Below are positions 40,640-49,148 of a stretch of 64,000 bases of DNA, in pieces; the first letter of the stretch is position 1, and every line of letters begins with the position of its first letter. Location: contig JBELJQ010000002.1 of NCBI GenBank assembly GCA_042090305.1, positions 1,970 to 65,969 on the forward strand. Reading direction: 5' to 3'. The notes beneath the pieces were generated by a model, which was given only the letters and a program-made list of their open reading frames with translations, was not told the origin of the DNA and searched no databases. The DNA is from Pelagibacteraceae bacterium. Its GTDB lineage: Bacteria; Pseudomonadota; Alphaproteobacteria; Methylaequorales; Methylaequoraceae. The translations under genes and the position numbers were made by a program.

Positions 40640-41776
40640 TTGATAATAAAATTTTTGGTGAAGAAAGTCCTGATTTTGCTAAAACAATTAAACTTAAATA
40701 ATAATGAGCCTTTTTTTTGCTTCTCGCCTCATATTCTGAGGAAGAATGTAATACAATTTAAAGATAAATTTCCTGGACGTTTAATATATTCGGTTAAAGC
40801 AAATCCATCAAAACATGTTTTGAAATTAATGAAAAATTGTGGTGTTAACTCTTTTGATGCTGCATCAATCAAAGAAATTGAGACTGTCTATAATGTACTT
40901 GATAATGTGAGAATTTACTTTATGAATACGGTTAAATCCAGATGCTCTATAAGAGAAGCTTATTTTAAATATAATATTAAAGATTTTTCATTAGATACCT
41001 TAGAAGAACTAAATAAGATTTTAGAAGAAACTCTTTATGCTGAAGATTTGAATCTTCATTTAAGATTATCAATTCCAAATAACTTTTCAAAAATTAATTT
41101 GTCGAGTAAGTTTGGAGCAACTGTAAACGAGGCAAAGATTATTTTAGATAAAATGAGAAAAATTTCATGTAAGGTAGGTATTAGTTTTCATGCAGGTTCA
41201 CAATGTATGAACCCAAAAGCATACAAAACCGCTATAAAAATTTCTAATGAAGTTATTAAAGAAAATTCAGCTATTATAGATTATTTTAATGTGGGAGGGG
41301 GATTTCCTGCAAAATACCCAGGTTCAAAGATATTACCACTAACTGAATATTTCAGTGTAATCAATAAAGAATTTAAAAATCTGGGCTTGCCCAAAAAAGT
41401 AAAATTAATGGCTGAACCTGGGAGGTGCTTAGTTTCTGATTCAATGAGCCTGAATGTCAAAGTTACCCTACGTAAATTTAACTTTTTATATATAAACGAC
41501 GGGGTTCACGGCTCTCTTTACGATGCTGGAGTAAATAAATTTAAGCATTCGGTGAATATTATTAACAGAAAAGTTTCAAATAAAAAATTATTTCCATTTA
41601 GTTTTTATGGACCAACATGTGATTCGAGTGATTTCATGGAGGGCCCTTTTTTACTTCCTAATTGTATAAGAGAAGGTGATTGGATACAAATTCATGAAAT
41701 GGGGGCGTATGCCATTACAATGCAATCAGATTTCAATGGATTTTTCTCAAAAAAAAAAATTTTTATAAACAAGTAG
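40640..41776 (+). CDS. Group IV PLP decarboxylase, ornithine/lysine decarboxylase-like
   Basis: YSVKANP (PLP Lys), HAGSQC, GGGFP, EPGR, GPTCDSSD motifs. The start is uncertain (TTG at 40640 or GTG a few codons downstream). Confidence 0.8.
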   Translation: MIIKFLVKKVLILLKQLNLNNNEPFFCFSPHILRKNVIQFKDKFPGRLIYSVKANPSKHVLKLMKNCGVNSFDAASIKEIETVYNVLDNVRIYFMNTVKSRCSIREAYFKYNIKDFSLDTLEELNKILEETLYAEDLNLHLRLSIPNNFSKINLSSKFGATVNEAKIILDKMRKISCKVGISFHAGSQCMNPKAYKTAIKISNEVIKENSAIIDYFNVGGGFPAKYPGSKILPLTEYFSVINKEFKNLGLPKKVKLMAEPGRCLVSDSMSLNVKVTLRKFNFLYINDGVHGSLYDAGVNKFKHSVNIINRKVSNKKLFPFSFYGPTCDSSDFMEGPFLLPNCIREGDWIQIHEMGAYAITMQSDFNGFFSKKKIFINK

Positions 41777-41780
41777 GGTT

Positions 41781-42638
41781 TTAGAGAATAAAAAACACTC
41801 CAGTAGACAAAATTATTACACCTACTATTTTTTGTACATTTATTTTTTCTTTAAAAATTAAAAATCCAAAAAGAACCGCACATGTTTGCCCTAATGTCCT
41901 TTTTATAGCTTCCATAATTGCTACATAGTTCTCTAATACTGAATAAAATTGTAATACCGTAGCAATAGTTCCCACACACAAAGTTATAATAATTAAGCCA
42001 GAATTTTTATATATTTTATTTAAATTAGTTAGATCTTTTCGCGAAATAATGAGTAGGAAGAGAAGCATACCAAATGATTGAATTAAACCGTGCATATTAA
42101 CGGATGTATAATTCAAGCAAATTTTATCAAAAATTGGAGTGATACTCCACAATACTGAAACAAGAATCATTAAGCGTGCCCCTAAGTTCAAACTTATTAC
42201 TTTAAAACTTTTAAAAATAGATTTGATTTCAAATTTTTCAGCGTACAAGATTAATGTTCCTAGAACTATTATTAAGATTCCGAAATATTCTATTTTTTTA
42301 AGTGTCTCATTCAATATCAGATATGAAAAAAAAGAACTGAATATTGGTGTTAATGACAAAAGTGGGATTGTTAAACTCAAATCGGAAAGAACTAAAGATC
42401 TTAAAAATATTATTGCTGAAATCACGCTGATTAAAACTAAAATCAAGCCTGGTACAAAATATGGTTTTTCAATTTTAAAATTCTCTTCAAAAAAAAACCA
42501 AAAAAAAAAAAATATAAATTGAACAATCATAAATAATATTAATAAAACTTTAGGACTAATGTATTTGAGCGATAATTTTCTTGTAATATCAAATAATGCC
42601 CAGAAAAAACCATTTAAAATACAGATAAATATAGACAT
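41781..42638 (-). CDS. EamA/DMT-family transporter
   Basis: 285 aa, about 10 TM helices in two repeated halves. Confidence 0.75.
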   Translation of the reverse strand: MSIFICILNGFFWALFDITRKLSLKYISPKVLLILFMIVQFIFFFFWFFFEENFKIEKPYFVPGLILVLISVISAIIFLRSLVLSDLSLTIPLLSLTPIFSSFFSYLILNETLKKIEYFGILIIVLGTLILYAEKFEIKSIFKSFKVISLNLGARLMILVSVLWSITPIFDKICLNYTSVNMHGLIQSFGMLLFLLIISRKDLTNLNKIYKNSGLIIITLCVGTIATVLQFYSVLENYVAIMEAIKRTLGQTCAVLFGFLIFKEKINVQKIVGVIILSTGVFFIL

Positions 42639-42848
42639 TAGTTATGTGTTCCTTTTTTCGTTTTTAATTTTTAAATTTGTGAACATACAAAGCTCACGAA
42701 GTTAGCAATTATGCAAAATTGGACGAAAACAATAGATATGTCAATAACTACATTTTAAAATTAGAACCTCAAACTTTAAATATTATCGAGGAGAAATTTA
42801 AAATTTTAAAACACTATAAAACTTTTATTTTAGAAAAATAAATTTGAT

Positions 42849-43640
42849 TTACATTCCTGGCAGTCTCATAAGACTAGCACCAACAGAGTCAAGTTCTTCA
42901 GTCATTTGAATCATTTTCACATGCATTTCAAATTTTCTTTGTTGATCAATAGTATTGACCATTTCTTCAACTGCATTAACATTACTTTTTTCTAATGTGC
43001 CGGCAACAAGCTTGCCTTGATTATTTGGCTCAATATCTACTAAACCTATCTGCCCATTCTCGTTAGGCTCAGATTCTAATCTGATATGACCATCAAGAGT
43101 TTTCTTTAGTCGATCATTTTCGGTGGGAACAAATGTAGCAATTAATGCAGCATTTACTGGAAGAGCATCTGGCTCTGCACCTGTTGGCTCAATAATGATT
43201 TCACCATTTGGTGAAATATCAATTCGCCTAAATGCTGGTAAAACAATTGGTTGCAACCCATCATCTAATATTTTATTTCCAGCTCCATCTAGAAGTTCAC
43301 CATTTTCACTAGTTTGTAGGTCACCTCTTCTCGAAAGTGCTGGCTTGCCTCCATCTCTAGGCTCAATTAGGAAATATCCGTTTCCATCGATTGCAATATC
43401 GAGAGGGTTACCAGTAGTGTCCATAGATCCTTGTTGTGTTGAAAATCCACCAACATTTCTACTGGAAACGATTCTTGGCTCAACTCCATTCTGCCTGTTA
43501 AGATAAATTGAACCAAAGTCTGTAACAACATCTTGACGATATCCAGGAGTACTAAGATTAGATAAATTATGAGAAGTGGCCGTTTGATTTTCCATCAACA
43601 TTTTTAGACTATTAAGAGCCGTTTGTGCCATTCTATCCAT
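42849..43640 (-). CDS. flgF: Flagellar basal-body rod protein FlgF
   Basis: N-terminus TSHNLSNLSTPGYR. C-terminus LEKSNVNAVEEMVNTIDQQRKFEMHVKMI matches FlgF (E. coli ...ANARRFEMQMKVI). Follows flgE. Confidence 0.85.
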   Translation of the reverse strand: MDRMAQTALNSLKMLMENQTATSHNLSNLSTPGYRQDVVTDFGSIYLNRQNGVEPRIVSSRNVGGFSTQQGSMDTTGNPLDIAIDGNGYFLIEPRDGGKPALSRRGDLQTSENGELLDGAGNKILDDGLQPIVLPAFRRIDISPNGEIIIEPTGAEPDALPVNAALIATFVPTENDRLKKTLDGHIRLESEPNENGQIGLVDIEPNNQGKLVAGTLEKSNVNAVEEMVNTIDQQRKFEMHVKMIQMTEELDSVGASLMRLPGM

Positions 43641-43669
43641 AACTTTTCTCCAAAAATAATACCGAATTA

Positions 43670-46600
43670 TTACATTCTAATATTTACAATCGCCTGTGTT
43701 GTTGCAGCTGTTGTTTCAATCGATTTAGCATTCGCCTGAAAGTTTCTTTGAGCTGTGATTAAATTAACAAGTTCTTCTGTAATATCAACATTAGATCTTT
43801 CAAGTGAACCTGAAAGAACAGTACCAAAACCCTCGGCACCTGCTTCACCAACTGTTGCAGTTCCTGATACAGCTGTTTCTACATATGTTGCATTACCAAT
43901 TTGTTTCAAACCATTTTGGTTGTTAAAGTTTGCCAATACAATCTTACCAAGTGGATTATTCTGTCCATTGGTATAGTTTGCTCTAACGGTACCTGATGCA
44001 TCAATCTCTAGACCATCCAATCTTCCAGATGTAAAACCATCCTGATTAACAGTCGATACGAAGAATGGCTGTGCTAACTGAGTTGACTTTGTAAAGTCAA
44101 TATCAAGGTCAATACTAAAACCAGCTTCCTGTTTCTCGTAATGAACTCCCTGTTTAGGACTTAGAATACTTCCTGATTTGTCAAATGTAAGTTCACCCTC
44201 GTCAATGTATAGTGGAAAATATCCATCTACCAAATTTGCAGGAGGCGTGGTAACTTTATTACCAGCAGCGTCAACAAATAGATTAAGTCCGTCCGCGTTA
44301 GTTGCCTGTTTAAGATTATAAATCTGAGGGACTGATCCTACGCCTAAATCAACGTTATCCAGCCCAAATTTAGAAGCACCTCTGACTTTAATAGTTGATT
44401 CCTTACCAGTTGTTCCGTTGGTAAATGTGAAATTATTAGTGGATGAGTTATATTTTACAGTAATACCCCCACCAACTACTCCGGTACTATCTTCAATCTG
44501 ATTAATTCTTTCTTGAAGAGCTTCTGCAAGAGTTGTTCCCACATAAAATCCCTGAGGTATCTCAATAACCCCAGCGACACCATTTACAGATACGTTAAAA
44601 ATATTTTCATTACTTTGATTTGTTAATCTAAAAACCTGAGATAAATCTTCAGTAGCTGATGAGCCAACTGCTTGTGCTGGCTGGGCGGCTAATCCTTTAG
44701 CATCAGTTGTAATTGCATTAGTTTTAGTAACACCAATTCCCAATAGGTTGTTATCTCCCGAGAAAAAGTCCGTACTGTCAGTCACTGATCCATCGGTAGT
44801 AGATAATAGGTACCTTCCAACAACAATACTTGAAGCAGTTTGAGCTTGGTTAACTCCAATTGCACCATTAGCTGCAATTGTTTCACCTGTTGTACCACTG
44901 CTAAATTCAAAAGATTTTAACTCACTATTATAGCCAACCTTAACTCCAAATCGTTTATCGTTGAGTTGAATTTCAGCTCCGTCAGCAACAAAAGTACTTG
45001 CAGAAAATTTAACACCACCTCTGATGAGTGTTTCAGAAGTATCATCAGCGGTTGGTATTCCAAGATTATTTTCATTAGTTGCAGTTGTTGAACCAAAAAT
45101 CTTGAAACTATTAAAATTACTATTTGTTCCCGTACCTATGAGATTTCTATCCACTTCAAACTGAAGTCTTTGATTTAACACATCATAAGAAACTTCAATT
45201 GGCGGATCTTGCTCATCAACCCAATGTGTTGCTGGTATTGTTTTATCAGTTGATGTTCCATCACCGTTAAGATAAACATCTCTTGTAGTTGCAGATGTAT
45301 TTTCTCCTAATCCTAGTAATTCATAAGAATCAATCGTTGCACCAGAAGTTACTTCACCAACTTTTAGTGTAAATACTTCGGCTAAGTCATCAATGATATT
45401 CTTAGCTGCACCATCTGCAGTTGTTTTTGTTACCATTGCTGCATTTGTATAATCATGCTTAGTCGTTGTTCCTATTTCCCTTACGACAATCTTTGAGCTA
45501 CTAAAGTTGACCGGTGCTCCAGAATAAACGTTTTGTGCTCCCTCAAAGAATGCCTCTACTGATGTAGATTCTTCAGAATAGATTTTCGCTGAATCATTTG
45601 CATCAGCTACAGACAAAGAAAAATCTGAATCTGGAAAATTTAATCCTGCAGTACTAGCTTCAACATAATAATAAGTAGTACCACCCACACTTTCAGACCC
45701 TGTTGTAGAAATAGTAAACTCTCGACCATTCACAAAATCAGAATTTGTATTCATTGTTGTATCTGAATAAAATGATCCAATAAATCTAACTTTTTCATTA
45801 GCTGTGAGTGCTGGGTCAGATGACCCAAAATAAAATCTAACAGTATTTTCAGATTGATCGTATGACACGGCTGTTGTGCTTGCGTTATCACCTAGTGAAT
45901 CTACCTCATCATAAACATGAAGTTCAGGACTTTTACCATGATATGAATAAGTCAGATTTCTAGCTGTAGAAGTAGCTCCAGATGCCGTTAACGCTGCTGC
46001 ATCAGTTGCAGTACGATGATTAAAAGTGAATGCCTGACTTTGGTCCAGTATAGTACTAATAGACTTACCAGATGCTCTGTAGAATAAGCTATCACCCACA
46101 CCTAAAGCAGTTGCACTAGCTACTGCATCGGTAGATGGTGTAACAGCATATTCATTTAGAGCTGCATTTAAACGAGCCTGAGTATGCGCTAAAAATTGGT
46201 CTCTTGTAAAATCCGGTGAAGCTCCAGTTAGGGTGATTCCCTCTAAATCAGAAACATATGAATCACTTAGTAGATCCACTGAAACTGGTGTAGTTAAACC
46301 CGTAGATGTTCCATCAGCGTTTAATTTTAATAAATCAATTGTTAAAGTATCATCAACATTTTGTACAATTTGAATTTTTTTATCATCTCCATAAGCTGCA
46401 TTAACAGCTCTTTGGATCTCTGTAGATAATTGTGCTGCATTATAAGCGCCTGGTCTAATATCAATGTTTACAGGTTGGTCACTATTATCAACGTTAATTG
46501 TCATAAAATTTGTCCCCCAATATACACTGGAAGTTGTGTCACCACTTTCACGAGTTGAGTTAAATTTCATTGGGTCTGTAACAATAGTTACAGTTTTGTC

Positions 46601-47542
46601 TCCTTCTTCACCAAAATCAAACGCACTTGATTCACCTGTTACCTTAGCTGGTGTTGAATCAATTAATGTTTGTAAATCATCTAACTTATACAAGGCAGAG
46701 CCTTTTCCTTCCAAGAAATAGTTATCATCTGGAACTGATGTAGTTTGTTGACCGAAACGATCAATAAAAATAGGTTGTTGAGTATCTGTAACTGAACGCA
46801 CTAAATCTGGATCAATTACCGTATCGTTAATGACCAATCTAGTTTCAAATTTATTGGTAGGATCATCAGCTGATGCTGCTTGTGTACGAATAAAAAATAT
46901 AGTTGCAATTGTGGGGTTACCTAAATCATCAAAGATTGTGATTGATGTTGAGTTATTGTAGGTAGTTGGATCATTAGGATCAAAAACATAACCATTTTCA
47001 AATTGTGGTTTATCGGTAATAATTTCACTTGTAGCAGAAACGTTTACACCTAATTCGATAGATGTTGTTGCCTTCGGAGTTCCTGAAGTTACTGGTAGTT
47101 GAAGAGGCACAGCACTAACTAAATCTTTTGCTGTAACTGATCCATCCTCGTTAACCGGAAAAGTAAGTAAAAACTGACCAGATGAATCTGTAACATATCT
47201 ATCATTATTCACGTTAAATGAACCGTTCCTTGTATAAACCGTCTGACCAGAAGTAAGTGATGGTTTTAATGAAAAGAAACCCTGTCCAGAAATTGCTACA
47301 TCTAAAACGTTAAGAGATGATGTAATATTACCCTGAGTAAACTGCTGCTTTACACTTTTTAGAATTGTACCAGAACCGATCGATGACGATGCATTCTGTA
47401 GTGGAGAAGTTGCAAAAATATCACCAAATTCAGCTCTTGACCTTTTGAAACCGGTTGTATTAACGTTTGCTATATTATTCGAAGTTGCAGAAATATCTGA
47501 CTGTGCTCCGTTTAACCCTGTTAATGCAGTATAAAATGACAT
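43670..47542 (-). CDS. flgE: Flagellar hook protein FlgE, giant form (1290 aa)
   Basis: N-terminus MSFYTALTGLNGAQSDISATSNNIANVNTTGFKRSRAEF. C-terminus LERSNVDITEELVNLITAQRNFQANAKSIETT. Follows flgD. Residues ~235-1085 are an extra Thr/Ser/Gly/Asp/Asn-rich, Cys-free insertion. Confidence 0.85.
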   Translation of the reverse strand: MSFYTALTGLNGAQSDISATSNNIANVNTTGFKRSRAEFGDIFATSPLQNASSSIGSGTILKSVKQQFTQGNITSSLNVLDVAISGQGFFSLKPSLTSGQTVYTRNGSFNVNNDRYVTDSSGQFLLTFPVNEDGSVTAKDLVSAVPLQLPVTSGTPKATTSIELGVNVSATSEIITDKPQFENGYVFDPNDPTTYNNSTSITIFDDLGNPTIATIFFIRTQAASADDPTNKFETRLVINDTVIDPDLVRSVTDTQQPIFIDRFGQQTTSVPDDNYFLEGKGSALYKLDDLQTLIDSTPAKVTGESSAFDFGEEGDKTVTIVTDPMKFNSTRESGDTTSSVYWGTNFMTINVDNSDQPVNIDIRPGAYNAAQLSTEIQRAVNAAYGDDKKIQIVQNVDDTLTIDLLKLNADGTSTGLTTPVSVDLLSDSYVSDLEGITLTGASPDFTRDQFLAHTQARLNAALNEYAVTPSTDAVASATALGVGDSLFYRASGKSISTILDQSQAFTFNHRTATDAAALTASGATSTARNLTYSYHGKSPELHVYDEVDSLGDNASTTAVSYDQSENTVRFYFGSSDPALTANEKVRFIGSFYSDTTMNTNSDFVNGREFTISTTGSESVGGTTYYYVEASTAGLNFPDSDFSLSVADANDSAKIYSEESTSVEAFFEGAQNVYSGAPVNFSSSKIVVREIGTTTKHDYTNAAMVTKTTADGAAKNIIDDLAEVFTLKVGEVTSGATIDSYELLGLGENTSATTRDVYLNGDGTSTDKTIPATHWVDEQDPPIEVSYDVLNQRLQFEVDRNLIGTGTNSNFNSFKIFGSTTATNENNLGIPTADDTSETLIRGGVKFSASTFVADGAEIQLNDKRFGVKVGYNSELKSFEFSSGTTGETIAANGAIGVNQAQTASSIVVGRYLLSTTDGSVTDSTDFFSGDNNLLGIGVTKTNAITTDAKGLAAQPAQAVGSSATEDLSQVFRLTNQSNENIFNVSVNGVAGVIEIPQGFYVGTTLAEALQERINQIEDSTGVVGGGITVKYNSSTNNFTFTNGTTGKESTIKVRGASKFGLDNVDLGVGSVPQIYNLKQATNADGLNLFVDAAGNKVTTPPANLVDGYFPLYIDEGELTFDKSGSILSPKQGVHYEKQEAGFSIDLDIDFTKSTQLAQPFFVSTVNQDGFTSGRLDGLEIDASGTVRANYTNGQNNPLGKIVLANFNNQNGLKQIGNATYVETAVSGTATVGEAGAEGFGTVLSGSLERSNVDITEELVNLITAQRNFQANAKSIETTAATTQAIVNIRM

Positions 47543-47564
47543 TTTTTATTTCTCCTTTAAGTTA

Positions 47565-48269
47565 TTAATCGTTTGTTTTAAGCTTGATTGCATCATTTGC
47601 TGAAATCTCACCATAATCTTTTGTTTCTAAAATTACATCCTCACTATTTTTTGGAGCAGAAGCTGCTATAACCTTATTATAGACGGCTGTACTTATTCCA
47701 TCACTTGCTTGACCATTCCCAGCATATGCTTGGATTGTAAGACGTGTTTTATTGCGTTTTATATCATCAGGTAAATCCGTCCAACTAAAACCAACCAAAC
47801 CTCTATCATTTGAACCAAGATTCATCGTATGAACAATTTCACCACTTGGGTTTGTGAAGGTTATACCCACATCATTTGAGTAAGCCGGCAAATCTACAAC
47901 TCCATGTATTTCACCTTTATCATCTGGGCTCGCAACTTGACCTGGAACTAAAACGGAATGACCTAAAAATTGAGCTGCCGTTGCCACTCTGTTAGGTTCT
48001 AACTTTGATCCTAAATTAGTTAAATTATTATTAATTTCAGTTATACCTGTTACAGTAGAAAATTGTGCCATTTGTGCGATAAAGTCACCATTATCCATTG
48101 GTGCAAATGGATCTTGATTCTGAAGCTGTGTTGTCATTAATTTCAAAAAATCTTCTTGACCAAGCGTATTTTTATTACCTTCTTTTTTTACATCATCTTG
48201 TGTTTTAACTCCCAACTTAGAGAGAATTTTGTTTAATGATTGTTCAGATGTATTTGAAATGTCAGTCAT
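47565..48269 (-). CDS. flgD: Flagellar hook capping/assembly protein FlgD
   Basis: LGQEDFLKLMTTQLQNQDPFAPMDNGDFIAQMAQFSTV is the FlgD signature. flgC-flgD-flgE order. Confidence 0.9.
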   Translation of the reverse strand: MTDISNTSEQSLNKILSKLGVKTQDDVKKEGNKNTLGQEDFLKLMTTQLQNQDPFAPMDNGDFIAQMAQFSTVTGITEINNNLTNLGSKLEPNRVATAAQFLGHSVLVPGQVASPDDKGEIHGVVDLPAYSNDVGITFTNPSGEIVHTMNLGSNDRGLVGFSWTDLPDDIKRNKTRLTIQAYAGNGQASDGISTAVYNKVIAASAPKNSEDVILETKDYGEISANDAIKLKTND

Positions 48270-48282
48270 AATTTACCCCTAT

Positions 48283-48696
48283 TTATTTTCCTAAACTTGC
48301 AGTTTTAAGCATTAGTGCTTTTATTGTTGATATTACTTCAACATTGTTTTGATAGTGTCTAGATGCTTCAAGCATATCTACATATTCTTCTTCAATATTG
48401 ACTGGAGCTCTATAAATAAAACCCTCTTGGTCAGCCATTGGATGGCCAGGTTTATACTCTTTAATTGGCTCAACATCCATTTTTTCTACAGAAACCGCAT
48501 CTACTGTCGAGATTCCCCTTTTCCTAATTAAGTCAAAATATTTAGTTTCGAAAACTGGTTTAACCGGTTTGTAAGCGTCTTGAGGACTAGAAGCAATATT
48601 ATCAGCATTAGCAAGATTACTAGCAGTTGCATTTAGTCTGACTAATTGAGCTCCCATTGCTCTTTGAGCTATATGATATATGTTTTTAATATCCAT
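48283..48696 (-). CDS. flgC: Flagellar basal-body rod protein FlgC
   Basis: LNATASNLANADN and VDMLEASRHYQNNVEV motifs. 137 aa. Confidence 0.92.
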   Translation of the reverse strand: MDIKNIYHIAQRAMGAQLVRLNATASNLANADNIASSPQDAYKPVKPVFETKYFDLIRKRGISTVDAVSVEKMDVEPIKEYKPGHPMADQEGFIYRAPVNIEEEYVDMLEASRHYQNNVEVISTIKALMLKTASLGK

Positions 48697-49085
48697 TATT
48701 CTCCTCTAATTGCGCTTAGCAAACCTCTGATTTTTGAATTTACAAAATCTAAGGTTGTTTGGTATCTAACTGAGTTTTGTGCGAATTCCATTTGCTCTAC
48801 AGCTAATTCAACCGTATTTCCATCAACTGATGGGTTTATAGACTGTCTATACTGGACTTTTCCTGGTAAATACTTTGTTGTTAATGCAATGTGACTATCA
48901 CTTGAAGTTTTTAGTGGACCGTTATTTAACGATCTTGCTAGTTCTACTTCAAAATCAACATCTCTTGCTTTAAAATTTGGAGTAGATGCATTTGCAATAT
49001 TAGATGCTAAAATTTCATTCTTCTTGTTTCTAATACTTAATGCATTGCTGTATACATCAAATTGTTGTTTAATATTGTTAACCAT
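48696..49085 (-). CDS. flgB: Flagellar basal-body rod protein FlgB
   Basis: ILASNIANASTPNFKARDVDFE and FAQNSVRYQTTLDF motifs. I place the start at ATG 49085. The track start at 49130 lies on top of the sigma-54 promoter. Confidence 0.85.
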   Translation of the reverse strand: MVNNIKQQFDVYSNALSIRNKKNEILASNIANASTPNFKARDVDFEVELARSLNNGPLKTSSDSHIALTTKYLPGKVQYRQSINPSVDGNTVELAVEQMEFAQNSVRYQTTLDFVNSKIRGLLSAIRGE

Positions 49086-49101
49086 AATTTTTTTTCGCTT
49101 T

Positions 49102-49117
49102 TGGTTTGGAATTTGCA
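49102..49117 (+). promoter_or_regulatory. Possible sigma-54 promoter for the divergent 369-aa gene
   Basis: The + strand reads TGGTTTGGAATTTGCA. GG-N10-GC spacing is exact and the -12 TTGCA is perfect. The -24 element deviates (TGGTTT). It shares the palindrome ATTTGCAAAT with the flgB promoter. The predicted +1 is near 49128, with a GAAAGG SD before the ATG at 49149. Confidence 0.45.
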
Positions 49118-49129
49118 AATTGAATGCCA
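49113..49129 (-). promoter_or_regulatory. Sigma-54 (-24/-12) promoter of the flgBCDEF operon
   Basis: Reverse strand reads TGGCATTCAATTTGCAA, versus consensus TGGCACG-N4-TTGCW. GG and GC have the exact spacing. The predicted +1 is near 49103, 18 nt before the flgB ATG. Confidence 0.75.
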
Positions 49130-49148
49130 AAAGAAAGGTTTTTAAATT

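Noticed and set aside
42675-42700. Possible terminator hairpin GTGAACATACAAAGCTCAC downstream of the flgF/EamA gap
   Set aside because: It has only a 4-bp stem, a large loop and no flanking U-run in either orientation.
43123-43506. Antisense shadow ORFs inside well-supported genes, e.g. 43123..43506, 43755..43976, 46464..46721, 49355..49780, 15840..16283, 42139..42522, 57657..58034, 62890..63333, 3319..3564, 5204..5566
   Set aside because: All are fully contained in opposite-strand CDSs with strong family motifs. Their translations are low-complexity and motif-free, the typical shadow frames of biased-composition genes.
43670-47542. Higher GC of flgE (~40% in hand-counted lines) as evidence of foreign origin
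   Set aside because: Conserved housekeeping genes here (e.g. fabF at ~50% in one line) are equally or more GC-rich than the ~23% of low-complexity genes. The shift is explained by Gly/Ala/Thr-rich amino-acid composition, not necessarily by HGT.
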